NCBI GenBank assembly: GCA_012295275.1
Contig: CM022665.1
Coordinates: 21,018,001-21,082,000, forward strand
Length of the DNA stretch: 64,000 nt
Source: Chrysomallon squamiferum
Lineage: Eukaryota > Animalia > Mollusca
Direction of reading: 5' to 3'
Shown here in pieces: positions 1 to 14,180 of this stretch. The notes below the pieces were generated by a model, which was given only the letters and a program-made list of their open reading frames with translations, did no database searches and was not told where the DNA came from. A program made the translations under genes and the position numbers. How positions within the stretch are numbered: the stretch's first letter is position 1; every line of letters begins with the position of its first letter.

Positions 1-139
1 ATCTACGTTTTATAGCGTTTTTATTGAATGTTGTCGTTTATAAAGTGAAATGATAGTATCTCTATGTTATAAATAAACAAAACGGTAATTTTCAGATGTT
101 TGGTAATTAACAATTTTATATAAACTTTTATTAAGTAGC

Positions 140-535
140 TGTTGTCGCTGAACCAGCAGCAGTTGCAGTTGTGATAGTAGTAAGTTTTTGTTCTAGTTGA
201 TGTAGTATTGGTAGTAGCAGTATTAGCTGCAGTAGTAGAAATTACAATAACAGTGGTAGTGGTAGTAATAATAACAGTAATAGTATATCTGTAATTGTGG
301 TTCTGGCAATAGTAATAGTTGTAGTAGTAATTTAAATAGCGGTAATAGTTGTACTAATAATAGTAGCAATAGTAGTAGAAGAAGAAATAGTAGTAGTAAT
401 GTTAGTATTATTAGAAATAGCTGCTATAATAGTACTAGTAGTATAGTAGCAATAGTTATGATAGTAATGGATGGTCGAAATAGTTGTAGTAGTAGTGGAA
501 TAAGTAGCAGAAGTAGTGGTGGTAGTAGCATCAGT
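140..535. repeat. Degenerate (GTA/AGT/AAT)n trinucleotide low-complexity tract
   Basis: Imperfect gtagtagta/aatagt repeats throughout. Confidence 0.8.
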
Positions 536-932
536 GTTTATTTAATAAAGAGGAAACACTAGTATATAACATTATACATATATATATATTTATATTTAAA
601 CATCTGACTACAGTACTAATAAGCAGCTTCTGTATTTGTATTTACATGTAGATGGGTATGTCTTTCTCTACATTTATCTGTTTGTCTGTCTCAGTGTTTG
701 AATCATAAGTATATATTATATGTGTGTGTATGTATATACGTATGTACGTACGTATACATATAAATATGTATGCATGCATGTTATCCTAATCTCTTCAGTT
801 CAAGATGTAACAAACATTACAAACAGGTGGCCGTCGTAGTAGCCTTGGCCTCGATGTTGTAGTAAAAACGTTGTGGACGCTGTGTGTTTTGTCGCCACAC
901 GAACAGTTTGTCCGATCAGCCTTTTCACTCAC

Positions 933-1023
933 CTTCAACGTTTACCTTAGAGATCAAAGAGATCTGTGGCAAATCCGTCCCCAGCAGATCTGTCCTCAAT
1001 TGTTTGACTGCTAGATCCTTCAT
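933..1023 (-). CDS. Putative first coding exon of an unidentified gene continuing left of the window (MKDLAVKQLRTDLLGTDLPQISLISKVNVE)
   Basis: Minus-strand gaggATG at 1023, open frame to a strong donor GAAG|gtgagt at 932 (alternative AAG|gtaaac at 945). Preceded by ~440 nt of CpG-rich UTR-like sequence and a pyrimidine-rich acceptor-like tract near 1440-1480. No homology recognised. Confidence 0.35.
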
Positions 1024-2492
1024 CCTCTACTGCAAATTTGCACGAGTCTCGCACTGTTTGCACGGGCTTTTTATCAGTGCGTTTCGATTGTGTTTGCGAA
1101 ATGTGCACAATACTGTATTCATCGAGTTAGCGAGAGTCAGTGGTTTCCACTGTTTGTTCCCATCGTCGTTCTCAAAAGTGGCGTTGTGCGGATGCGTTGT
1201 TAGCCGGTCTGTATAAACTGAAGTCTTTTTCTGGATTACAAAAGACAACATTCGCGAATACACAAGGAACAAAAATAAAGAACAAATCTGAAGTTTTGTT
1301 CGGCGGCCGTATCGACTTTTGGCGGGGAGTGGCGAGTATTGGCGGCGAGGCGGGGTACACTTAACTGTGGTGTGAGACCATTTCTTTTCGTGGCTGTCTG
1401 TAAACACTGGTTATCTGCTCTTAGTCCGCTTTGATTAACTTCAAAACAAAACGAAAATCAGGACTAAAAAAATAAAATAATATATATATAAATATATTAA
1501 AATTATATATATATATATTTAAATCTATTAAAATGTATATAATAATAACAACTTCATCACAACAACAACAATAATAATAATAATAAAATAACACAACCCC
1601 CAAAAATAAAATGTTAATGATAATTACAATGACAATAACATTAATGTATATGTTATCTTTCATCATTTTTCCTGTCTTCGTATATTTAAAATATCTACTT
1701 TTAATATCTAAACACCATTAATATTGAAATACTCTCAGGATTCATATTTAAACTCCTGATCAACTTTGAATGATATATAATGAAGACCAAATTCGTAAAA
1801 TATGAGGTACACTTTTTGTTGCTAATCATAGAATGGTTGCTACTGAAACCGTTCCCGGGCAACAGGCTTTGTGACGTCAGCGACAGTCTCTGGTTTTGAG
1901 TCGTAACACAATAATTATGACTGTGAGTATTCGTGTGTATGTCAAACAGTGACTATGTAGGTAAATGAAGAGCAGTTCAACAGTCAGAGTCAGGGAAGCG
2001 TTACTGGTATTTGAAAACTGTTTGTTGAGGGATTTCTGACTTCAAAATTTCATTTCAGAATAACTCTTGAGTAAACACTGACCCGGGCTATGTCAAACTG
2101 AACACAGTGAGTCTGCCACTTTCGTTTATCGTCGAATAGATGACATTTTGAGAGAGAAAAAAAAGAAGCGAAAATGAAATTGTGAATGAGTGGGTTACAG
2201 ACTGGGTTGTAATTTCGTTTAAAAACCATCAGAAAAGAGTTTACTTGACTAACATGACTAAGCCGCGAACTGCGTTACCCCGGCAGACGACATTTACCGA
2301 AAGCCAAGTGGGCGTTCTCCTCTCCGTCTCTACGGTTAGTTAAAGAAGGGGGGGAGAAAAAAAAGGCGGAATTAGGTATACTCACGATAACACATTATTA
2401 AAGTCAATACCTAAGCGCGGTAATTATCTTTTGGTGCACATGTACGAATAAAAATATGTTAACAGTATTAAAAAAGAAAAAAGTAAAACAAT

Positions 2493-2530
<38 letters not shown>

Positions 2531-5500
2531 CAGAACAGTTTATTCTTATGGCAATTCCTATATATATTTTTTGATTGGTTTGTTTGTTTCATTTAAAATG
2601 AGGGTTAAAGAAATAGTCTTAATATATTTCATTTAGTTCCGTAAAATGAATTAATCTGAGTTTTTTTCGCTGCCCAACGATATTTATTAACAATAAAGTT
2701 TGGAGGTACTGAAACAGGACCGAAGCACTTATTTCACTGAGGATGTCTTTCTAATTTCTACTGAATATACTTCTTATAAGGAAATGCATAGAAAAAATGA
2801 TAATATAAAAAAAAAAAAAAAAAAATAAAAAAAAAAAAATAAAAAAAAAAAAAATAAATAAATATAAATATAAATATATATAAGTCATAATCAAAAATTT
2901 AAATTTGCCAGTGATATTTTCAGTAATAATGAAGGTAAAGAATATGAATTTTTAAATCACTTCCAAATTGATCTCCGAATACAAACACATCCATCTGCTC
3001 GCACTCACAGACAGAAACCCAAACATACATAAAAATGTATTCAAGCTATTACCTCATACATATTTTAATGACTTAGTATTTATTTGTATTATTATCACAC
3101 ACAAACACATACACACACATATAAACATTTAATAATTACGCGTATGAAAACACACACAAACACACACTCACGTACGTACGTACATACATACATACAATAT
3201 ATACTTATACGTTTCTTAAACAAATTTCACATTCAAATTCCATGCCGGGGCATTACTCAATACATATTTTATTTTTATTGTACCGTCACATGTCAAATAA
3301 AATTTGAATTACCTATTACACAATTTCTATCTACAGTTGTTTCCCTTGGAGACACGTGCCATCGATTTATGACACGTCACACGGGCGCAGCACCTGACAA
3401 ATTCATCAGTGTCGAGTTGTCCCCCTTTGTCCACGTCGTTAAACTTCCTCTCCGTGTAATCGCTAGTCTCGATAAAGCCGAACTAATTACAATACCGTAT
3501 CTAATTATGGAGTAACGTCCCGCCTGCCGTAATTACGTAGATGTACAGCACTCTCGTGAAAATTACTCACTCTTCACAAATTAGTCTCACGCTGTTCAAT
3601 AGGCGATGATGAGATGGTGATAAATTTCAGTGGCCTCCGCTAATCGAGATGAAAGCTTTGAATGCGAAAAGCGATAGATAGCAGCGAATAATGAGCCAGA
3701 GTACCAGAGAACATACGGAAAGGTATACAAACGCAATATCACACAGATACGAACCACTATAAAATATACAGACAATATGTCACACCCAAAAACGTACATA
3801 GACACATATAACATAAATACGAACTATCACAAAATATTCGTTCCAAACTATACACGTACATACAGAAACACATACAGACATAAACAATATCGTTTATGAT
3901 TGTTTTGTTTATACGTCCGGGGATAAACAAGTAATGTTGGTATGTTGCAAGCACATAATTATTACTGACTGATTTGTTTAAACTGTTGATGAAATATAAA
4001 AACTGAAATGAATGGGGAAACAAAAATAAGAAAAAAAAACCCGAATTTTTCTAACCCAGAATTAACAAAAAGTAGAAGAAGAAAAAAGAAAAAAAAGAAG
4101 ATGAAGAAGAAGAAGAAGAAGAAGATGATGATGATGATAAAACAAACAAACAAACAAATAAATTTGCTTTTCTTAATAGATATGATCATCACAGTGACGT
4201 CATCTTATTTTTTCTGAAATTCTGGATTTGTTTCTATCCACTGATCTGCGTGTAACAATAACACACGAATGAACTTCATGTAGTTTTTAACTCTGCCAAC
4301 CCTCCCATCGGGATCACTATGCAATGTAGGCCACCCCTGTCTGTTATTGCATGCCTCGCCCTTGCTTCGTACATTTCGCCATATTGAATATGACAAGCCC
4401 GGTGTGTGCTCGTGTTTGATGTCCGTCATTCTCCTACGAAGATGAGTGTTCGCACGCGTTGGAAACACTCGTACATTGCGCGGAATGTTGTCTGACATTT
4501 TTTCATGTCCACCTCTTCAAAACTGACCACTAACTGGACACAGACCACGCGCTTTGAGCCACTGTCTTAAAGGAGTTTGTTCTGTGTTATTAACATCTGG
4601 GTGTAAATTAAACGGAATAAGGTAATAAACGAAAACACATTGTGTCTTTGATTCGTACGTTACGTGCTCTGGGATTCATTTCCGATAGCACGTGCTAATA
4701 ACATTAAAAAATAAATAAATAAATTAATAATAAATAAATAAAATAAAATAAAGTAAAAAAATAAAATAATAAATAAGATCCAAGAAACAATGTATCTATC
4801 AGATTCGGAGACACTAACTAGATCGTAATATTGAAAGACAATATATTTTGTTCATATTACAAACTACACTGAAACTTTATTTGATACAACCATTTTGATT
4901 TACTGTTTCACTGACGGATGATTCTGTTACATATTTTTATTTCTATAGTTCTTTATTTTATTAGTTAATTAATTAATTTATTTATTTACTTATTTGATAA
5001 CCTTTTTCATTTCTGACAATATATATATATCTATCTTTCTAACCTTCCTTCTGTCTCGTTTTCTTTCTGCCCGACTATATATATAACTGTTTGTTTAATT
5101 ATTTCAATAATGACGATGATAATTAAATTGGTGATACTGATTATCGTATCAGTAACAATAAGAACAACAACAACAATAATAATAATAATAAATAGTTATA
5201 ACAGAAGAATAAGAAGAAGATGATGATGTTGATGATGATGATGATGATGTCAATGATGGCAAAAGCGGAGGAGAAGAAGGAGGGTCGAGATTCACTGTAA
5301 ATTGATAACATTTATAAAGGTAATTAATCAGAGCTATATAATTAAATACATATTATTTGCTTCACGTTAAGAAATAAAACCATTTAAAACTATTTATTAC
5401 ACCACATTTCACATCATTATGGTCTGCACTGAACGACATCATTTCCAGGCAGACAACAACTACGGCGACAGGAGGATGTTAACGTGGACGTGGGGTATGT

Positions 5501-5744
5501 GTGAAAATATGTTCCCTTTCTTTGAAGGCCGTTCACCTGTGTCACACGGTAAAACCTTCAAAGTGACACCTATGATAATTTGCTACTTTGACCTTAAGAA
5601 AAAAAATTAAAAGCAAACAATAATTTCACAACGTCATCATGCACTTAAAGACACCCACCATCTAAGAAGAAAAAAAGTGGGTTTTTTTTTGCTTATTTGT
5701 TACTTTAGTTTTCAGACCATCAAAATGAATTGAGTTATCTCCCT

Positions 5745-5897
5745 TTACAACAACAGCAGCAGCAACAACAACAACAACAACAACAACAACCACGACCACT
5801 ACTACTTCTACTCTACTGGCATTATAACTGCTACTTCTAATACTACGATTACTGTTATTACTGCTAATGTTAATACAAATACTGACACTACTACTAC

Positions 5898-5948
<51 letters not shown>

Positions 5949-5980
5949 GATTATGATTATGATTATTATTATTATTATTA
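5745..5980. repeat. Compound microsatellite (CAA)n/(CAG)n/(TAC)n/(TAT)n
   Basis: Direct reading; explains the poly-N/V/I ORFs 5662..6072 and 5808..6008. Confidence 0.9.
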
Positions 5981-6738
5981 TGTCTTGATTTATAATATTT
6001 GTATTCATTCATAGTGTTGTTGCTCTTTGTAAACAAATAGGAAGACGAGATCGAGGAAGAAATTTGAAACAAAGATACTCACGCAGACACGCACACTGTA
6101 TTGTAATGTTTATCGTATGAGACTGAAATTCCATTATTTATCTTTCAACATGTATGTAAATATTTATATTTATTACTATATCATAATATCCCTATTAATA
6201 TAAATATCTTAGTATTTCTGAAAACATAATATCTTAATATCCCAAAAGACATAATAAGATGTTATTATTTATGAATACATTTCGTCGCTTAGCTATAAGT
6301 AACCGACCGACACTAAAACGTGATTGTCATTTAATAATCGTAAAACCGGTGCAGAGTAACAAATAGTTCCTTGTGTTAGTTTCTTTGATAACCGTATTAG
6401 CCAAGCAAATGTCGAGTTACACCGTTTCTCTTCTCACGTGCTAATTACTGTGAAAACAGCTCTCTGTACTTTCAGAAGGCACGAAAAGAAAATAGTCTAT
6501 AAGGCCGTCAGCCGTGCAGTTGATTAACACAAACAAACACGGAAGAAGATAAAGCGAATGTTGTTATTCTTTTCTTCTGGAACGTGCTGGAGGAGGCTGA
6601 AGGACGTTTCCCTGGTGTGTTTCTCCAGCGCAAAGCTAAAGATCACACAACGTCCGTCTTCAAGAGTTAGATTACCTCATGTTTAACAATGGTTCTTGTC
6701 GTACGATCGCTCAGATATATCGGAATTATTTCAATAAA

Positions 6739-6743
<5 letters not shown>

Positions 6744-6825
<82 letters not shown>
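6744..6825. repeat. (AG)n microsatellite
   Basis: About 40 perfect AG units. Confidence 0.97.
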
Positions 6826-6829
<4 letters not shown>

Positions 6830-6999
6830 AACACAGACAAATAGAAATGTAACTAATTAAACTTTTTCTCTAGAAAGGGAATCAATTAACAAATTACTTA
6901 TTTAATAGTTTTAAAACATGATACAGATATATTATGTGGTATTCCTTTTTGATTAACATCAAGAGATTTTATAGTTTTATACATATACATATCTATCTA

Positions 7000-7035
<36 letters not shown>

Positions 7036-7298
7036 CCTGTCTATCTATCCATTTTCTCTCTGGTACATTTTTTGACGTTTGTTTGTGGTGCAATAGGATG
7101 TGGTCCACGAACGAATAGTTTTGATTTCAGTAGCTTAACGAGTCCTAACCGTAGTTTTCGGAATGTTTTCAAAAAGGATTTAGTTTGCAGTATTATCTAT
7201 GATCTAAGAACTAAACTTCTAATAGCTTAACTAACCAGTCGAAATCATACTATACGAAATGTTTTCAGAAGTGTTAATTTATAAACGATTTATAATTT

Positions 7299-7377
<79 letters not shown>

Positions 7378-8337
7378 GGAAGTTATTACAAACGAAACCA
7401 TTGTATTCGAAATGTTTCTAGAAGAGATGACTTTTAAATGGTTTCTAATTCAGTTGTTTTTGTTGGGGTTTTGGGGGTGTTTTTTTTTTTTTTTACTACT
7501 TAATGCGAACTGAAATAAACCACACTAACAATACTGTGCACGTTTCAAGTAAACAACACTACAGGGCAAATTTCTGACAGTAATTTTAATTGCAGTCGTG
7601 TGCCGCCAATCAGCGGGTCACTGCGGCGCAACCTGCGGCGTCTGCCCATAAAAACAAGAAAAAGACTGCCAGACGAACGACACCGGATCATTAGTCAAGA
7701 TGGATGCTGTGAGCACGTGCTTTACTGGATTGTTTCACTTTCAGGTCACTGTGACCGTATTAGAAAGATACCGTTTAAAAGTTTCTATAGGCATTTTTTA
7801 TTTTTTTTTTATTATTTTTTTTTTTTATTATTTAAGAAAATCAGAACTGTGAATATTACACTGCTAATACTTTGATTTCAAAGGGACTTAATAATAATTT
7901 TTTAATTTATTATATATATATTTATTTATTCATTTTTGAATTAATCAATAAAACCTTTTTTTATAAGGTTCATTCCGTTGACCACGCTAACTGAAAATTA
8001 ATCTGAACTGATGAGAATATTTAAAGAAGAGCAAATATTAATTTTAATATTTATTTTATATATATATATTTGAGTCAACAATAGCTGTCTTGTAATTTTA
8101 AAATTTTATGTAGAAATAATTTACCGCCATAAAAGATGTAAGGGAGGTAACTATCACAGTATTTTTAAATCTTATTCTCGAGTAATTCATTGTGATCCAA
8201 GGGAAGTAACTCTCACCAAAAGTAAATTAAAAAATCTGCAACATAAAATATTTTGTTATTGTTTTTATTATTGTTATTATTATCATCATTATCATTAATT
8301 TAAATTTATTTTATCTTCGTATTCACAAATTTGTATT

Positions 8338-8371
<34 letters not shown>

Positions 8372-8451
8372 AACATCCTTCTTATTTTTGTACACTGTAT
8401 CAAGATCATTTTCTTCATTAATATGTTTATTTATGTATTATTATTATTATT

Positions 8452-8487
<36 letters not shown>

Positions 8488-8884
8488 GCATTCATCTCAT
8501 TAAATGTGTACTAACATCACAAAACCCCTTGCCTTGCTGTGTGAGGTGTACAATAGTCTAGTTATAAATGCGCTTACATTCAAGCGATTGCTTTGTTTTT
8601 CCAATAAAGAATATTCAGGTAGCACTAATAATTGTTTGTTGTTTTCTCTTTCTTAGTAAAAGAACAAAATAAGTAAGTAATTTACTAACTAAATAAATAA
8701 ACACAAAAAAAAAACCACAAAAACCCTCAAAAAACAAAACAAACACTTACGAATTGTTTACTTCAAATGGAAGTTGCTGAAGACCGTACTTTGCCGATAA
8801 TAAATTATGACAGTAATGTAACTATTATACAGAAAAGGAAAATAAAAAATAAATAATCATAGCAATAACAATAACAACAATAAT

Positions 8885-8923
<39 letters not shown>

Positions 8924-9042
8924 AATAATAATAATAATAATAATATTGATGATGATGATGATGATGGTGATGATGTTAATCACTACGGCAATTTTATCTT
9001 TCTTTATATACTCGTGTTGGTGAATGTAACCATCTTTAATTA

Positions 9043-9764
9043 CAGTGGTACCTCGAGTTACGAGTGCTCCAACTCACGAGTTTTTCGAGTTAACAGCAGC
9101 CACCCAGTGATTTTTTGCTTTGAGTTAGTGTCAAAATTCGAGTTACGAGCCAGCTTCAGTTGGCGCAACGAACATCCGCCCAGTATCCCGCGTCTCACTC
9201 GTCTACTTCACATGATTACGTCGCCGCGGAAGCATCTCTGTTTTGTGCAGTATTTTGCCAAATTCACTTTTTTCTGACCATGGATACTAAGAAAGTGAGT
9301 GCAAAGGACAGTGCTGGGAAGAAGAAGCGGATGATATCCATTGAATTAAAGCATAAAATAATAGAAAAACATGAGTGAGGTGTGCGTGTAGTCGACTTGG
9401 CTAGGCTTAACGAGCGTAGTATTTCTCCGATATGTACCATACTGAAGCAGAAGGATTCGAAAAGTGCTGTAACTCCACCCAAAGGGGTTAAAATATTTTG
9501 TCTGATCTCCAAGATAAATACACTTTACAAAACCAATTTATTACTTCACATTCTCTTTTATTTTGTTTTTTATACATATACAATATTTGTCATTTATAAA
9601 CACATTTTTCTTATTCAAAAACAGGTTACAAAAAAAAAAAGAAAAAAGAAAAAAAAGGAGGTGGTTTTTTGGGGGCGCTGGAACGGATGATTGGTATTTC
9701 AATTAATTTCAGTTGGAAAATTGATTTGATATACAAATTAAACTCGTAAATCAAGGCACCACTA
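9043..9764 (+). mobile_element. Internally deleted Tigger/pogo-like (Tc1/mariner superfamily) DNA transposon
   Basis: Left TIR TA|CAGTGGTACCTCGAGTTACGAGT at 9043. Degenerate right TIR ACTCGTAAATCAAGGCACCACT at ~9742-9763. Carries a transposase N-terminal fragment. Confidence 0.85.
9280..9497 (+). pseudogene. Tigger-type transposase N-terminal HTH (CENP-B/psq-like) fragment with an internal stop
   Basis: MDTKKVSAKDSAGKKKRMISIELKHKIIEKHE*GVRVVDLARLNERSISPICTILKQKDSKSAVTPPKGVKI resembles TIGD1/Tigger N-termini. TGA at 9376-9378; no DDE domain follows. Confidence 0.85.
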
Positions 9765-11574
9765 GATTAATTTATTTTTTTATTTTCTGCTTTTCTTTTT
9801 AGTTTTTAATTGTTATGATTTATCGAAAAACTAATACTCCAAAGAATAATGACAGCATTTATCATTTGTTATGTTATGGTCGCATATTGTCAGTAGTAAA
9901 TGTTGAAAATGGATGTAAATAAAACGATCAGTTGCAAATAACGCAATTTACTGCCTTCAGAAGGATGTAGAATAAGGGAGGCAACTCTAATAGCTTTATT
10001 GCGTTTAAACTGGCTTTTTCTCTTTCTTTTCTTTGAAATATACCTCGACCATTATTTATCATTTGCAAAACAGATTTTTATTGTAGAATTTGTCTGTGTT
10101 ATGATAATGACATTAACAACAACAACAACAACAACAACAATAATAATAACAACAACAACAACAACAACAACAACCACAGTTAGGAAATGAAGAATAATAA
10201 TAAGAACAACAACAACAACAATAACTAATTAAGCAATATCAGCTGTAACAACAACAGTAATATTGAATACAAAAAATATACTCGACCCTCCATTTAACAG
10301 ACCCCAGTTTGCCGGATTTTAGAAAACCCGAAAAGAAATCTGTGAAATATTCAAATATTCTTAAATCTACCGAAATTCGGACCCGACCCTAATTATCGAA
10401 GTGTACGAAAGATGTCGCCTTGAGTCTGTTTGTTAAACTAGCCACGTGTGCATTCATGCTGAGATACGTAACATTATTTTTGTTTTTGGTACATTGACAT
10501 TGCTGCCTGTATACACTCACGTCAAAACAAGCTCAATCTGCTGTCTATCAGGGTAAATAAAAAAAAGTGAATTTAAAGTAAGTTTAATTCTGTACATTGA
10601 TAGTGTTAAGTAAATTTAGTTCTGTAAATTATTCCACATATTAATGGTTTTGCTATTTCTAACCCGTCAGATAACACCTTTGTTTTTTTTTTTAGATTGT
10701 TTTTTTTTTTTTTTTTTAATCTATTTATTTGTATTTTTCCCGACAACCTTCACCCTTTTACCTCATTAAATAGTGGGTCGACTGTATGTAAAAATATTTG
10801 TAAATGTTAATACTTTAACTGGTACATACGTTAAAGAATTCTGAATGATTCATCTCCGTATTCAGCCATAAGAGTTTGATTTATTTAATTAACAGGAAGT
10901 TAATAACTGTCCTTGCACGAACGAAAACATGCACTCTAGAACCTAGAACATATGAATACACTTAAAAGAATAAAAACAACGTTACTTTAAATAAATAAAT
11001 AAAATGAGAATGAGTGATATACAAAGAAATAACAAAAGAATTAAAATAATTTGATGACATTTTTTAAGGTTTGAAATATTAAATTCTCTAATGACATCAC
11101 ACGCTCGGAAGTCTACTGGGTGCGGTTGAATTATGATTCATTTAGTATATTAAAACGTACCTTTTGGCGGTATGAATAAACAGCCTAAATACATTTTGGA
11201 TATTTCAAAGTTTCTGTATCATTTATTTCTGGTGGCTAGCCTTTGCACATACAAAAAGTATAACATTCACACAACGAGATGATACTTTTCATTTTTCTAG
11301 AATCCTTTCACAACTGAATAATTCTTAAATATTGTAACAGGAGGCGGATTTTCTGTCACAGATTACAGTTTTGTTCTACACCGCTTGAACTTTGACAAGT
11401 CAGGCCATGCGCTGGTTATGCTTAGTCCAGTTTATGATAGCTGTTAATGACTAACACTCAAAGCTGTGATATTGGTTTACGATTACCACTCAGTATTAGG
11501 CATTTCTCATTTCACAGCTTTTCGTTGTTTTTCTGGATCCGCCTCCTCCCTCGGGGTTTGGGCTGATTTTCAAA

Positions 11575-11638
11575 ATGGACGCCTTGCTTCGGGTAGTGCG
11601 AAAAAGTCCAACATCCATGAGCACACAGTCACATAAAA
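11575..11638 (+). CDS. LDLRAP1: LDL receptor adaptor protein 1-like (ARH), exon 1
   Basis: caaaATG; MDALLRVVRKSPTSMSTQSHK resembles the human ARH start MDALKSAGRALIRSPS. Donor A|gtaagt, phase 1. Confidence 0.85.
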
Positions 11639-12194
11639 GTAAGTTTATTTATCGATAAAATCTTTATAAATGATATATCATTATTCAGGAAATTGTATTT
11701 ATTTGTATTAGATGTATTTTTGGGTTACTATAATACATCTGTGCAATGGGAATAAAAGGATAAGAACCTAAGATAAGGACAAAAGGTGATTAACGTAACG
11801 GTTTAGGTGTAAGAATTTGAAAAACAAATTCCTGCTTAATAGGACTAGTGAGTGTGTCGGTGTGTATATGTCTACCTTATTCTTAGAAAAAAAATGTACT
11901 CGTTTGAATGTGTTATATTTATTAAAGATCGTTTTTTTTATTATTATTATTTTCTGATTTGGCACATGCTATATCAGTATATGTTAGTACAATGGTGCCT
12001 GTAAAGTTACCTTCGTTGTAGCCAGACTTTTTAGACAGAACGGATGATAATAATAATATTTGGTAATCTGTCAGTTTAGGTCTATCCCTTGTTAGCAGAG
12101 ATTTTACATAATATTTTACTATGATTTTATTTATTTATTTATATTTATTTTTATTTTTATTTTTTATTTTTTTTTATTTTTATTTTTATTTTTA

Positions 12195-12225
<31 letters not shown>

Positions 12226-13515
12226 TTTTTTTTCTGCCAGATATAAAAATGTCACATAAAACTGTATATACCCATTTTCACTTGTCAAACATTTATTAGT
12301 ATTTTTCCAAGTTCATGAGCATCTGCAAATCCAGTTAAAATAAAATTTTGATCGTTTGATTCTGCAGGCCTTGTTTCATTTTAAATCATTCTTTTTTCAC
12401 ATGGCTTATTACTTTCAGATAATTTTTGTTTTATTTCTTTAATTTCTGTTCACATGTCATAGGGGTATTTCTTCACTGTTTTGACTGTGTTACTAGTCTT
12501 TTTAAAAACAAGAAACATTTCAGTGATCAGTGACAACACAACTATAAAAGGAAAAAATTGGTAGATTTGTTAAACTAAACTGAAGTTAGACAGTTATATA
12601 TAACCTAGCTTCTAAAACATATATTAAGTAATAATATTGAATTAAACCTTTGCTAATGTGTACATTCTAGAATTAAACAGAAGGATTATATGTTATTTAT
12701 TGTAACTGGGACCTAATTATATAGGTAGGTAGGTTTTCAGTCAGCTGAATAGTTTCAACATTTTCCAGGTGTAGGACTGAAGACAAAAAAATATATATTT
12801 TTATCATTATTTTTATTTTTATATTTTTTGGACAACCAAATTATATAATCACCATTATGGTAGATTATATATCAGAGCTTCTTTCCATTTCAGTGTATGT
12901 TCCATGATTTTAAAAATTCACTTGTTTTTAATAATTATCAAGGGAGAAAAAAAATGAGGTTTTATTAAATATTTTTCTATCCATTCATTTCTTCTTCTGA
13001 ATATATCACTTTAAAATATAAGCTGGTTAGTCTTCTGAAACCACTGTTTTAAAATATAAAATTTATAGAGGCCATTTTAGGTATATTTGTCTTCCCCACC
13101 CCTTACTTTTCATCTCCCATCAGTTTCAATGGCAGTCAGCCAACATATGTCTCTCATTGGAACTCTTGTTATTTGTAAGTTAGAAATAACATACAGCTTG
13201 TCACACCTTTTTATGAGCTGACACCTGCAAAACATTTGCTGAAAATGATTCATTGTATTAGTTTAAACTGGCACAAGTAGTGATCTACAGAGAACAGTAT
13301 CATTCATAGTTACTGCTGACCTTGACATGTAGTCAACACGCAAATGAAAAAAAATGGTATTATATATTAAGCATTTTCTGAAAATCATGTATATTACTAA
13401 ATAATAACTAAAACAATAGTCTAACTTTACCTGTAACATCAGTGGGTAAAAATAACAATAATTCTTTTTCTCCAGTAATAAAAATAATACTGTCATTTAG
13501 GGTTATATAACAAAC

Positions 13516-13568
<53 letters not shown>

Positions 13569-14022
13569 TAGATTACAGGAGCAGACCTCTATTTGTAATT
13601 ATTATGATTACCTTTGTTCAGCTTTGTTATTGTTGGTTGTTCATAGGGCTGGATTAAACTCATATTTAGAAAATTTGTTCTACAGTCTAATGAATGTTTA
13701 AAAATATTTTAACGTTCATTTCAAAAGCCATCATGAAATTTTGCTGTTTTGAAAGCAGCTATATTGTCTTGTACCTCAATACCTGACAATGACATCTAAA
13801 TGCTTTGTACCTTTTCTGTCTGAAACAAGTTTTCTGTAATGTTGATAGCTGTTCATAGTAATTTGATGCATTTCATAGCACCAAGTTGCCTGACTAAATA
13901 TTGTTTACATGTAAAACATGTATAGAAAAAAAAATTATATATATACAGATAGATATATATATATATATTCACATGTCTATATAACAAGCCTATGTTTAAT
14001 ATTTTCATATTTGTATTGACAG

Positions 14023-14180
14023 AACTTGGAGAAGGTTGGCAAGAAAACAGAGAACAAGTGACTGACGGAGTAACATTCTACCTCAAGTATCTTGGTTCAA
14101 CCCTTGTAGAGGAACTGCCAGATGATGAGACGTACGGAAATGGGGTCAGCACCCTCGCTGTTCAAAGAATTGTTACCATG
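14023..14180 (+). CDS. LDLRAP1: LDLRAP1-like exon 2 (start of PTB domain)
   Basis: ag|AA CTT...; KLGEGWQENREQVTDGVTFYLKYLGSTLVEE...AVQRIVTM resembles ARH KLPENWTDTRETLLEGMLFSLKYLGMTLVE. Donor gtgagg. Confidence 0.93.

Noticed and set aside
884-1407. ORFs 884..1216 (+) and 1027..1407 (-) with Cys pairs suggesting a zinc finger
   Set aside because: Non-ATG starts and no coherent zinc-finger spacing; better explained as leader sequence.
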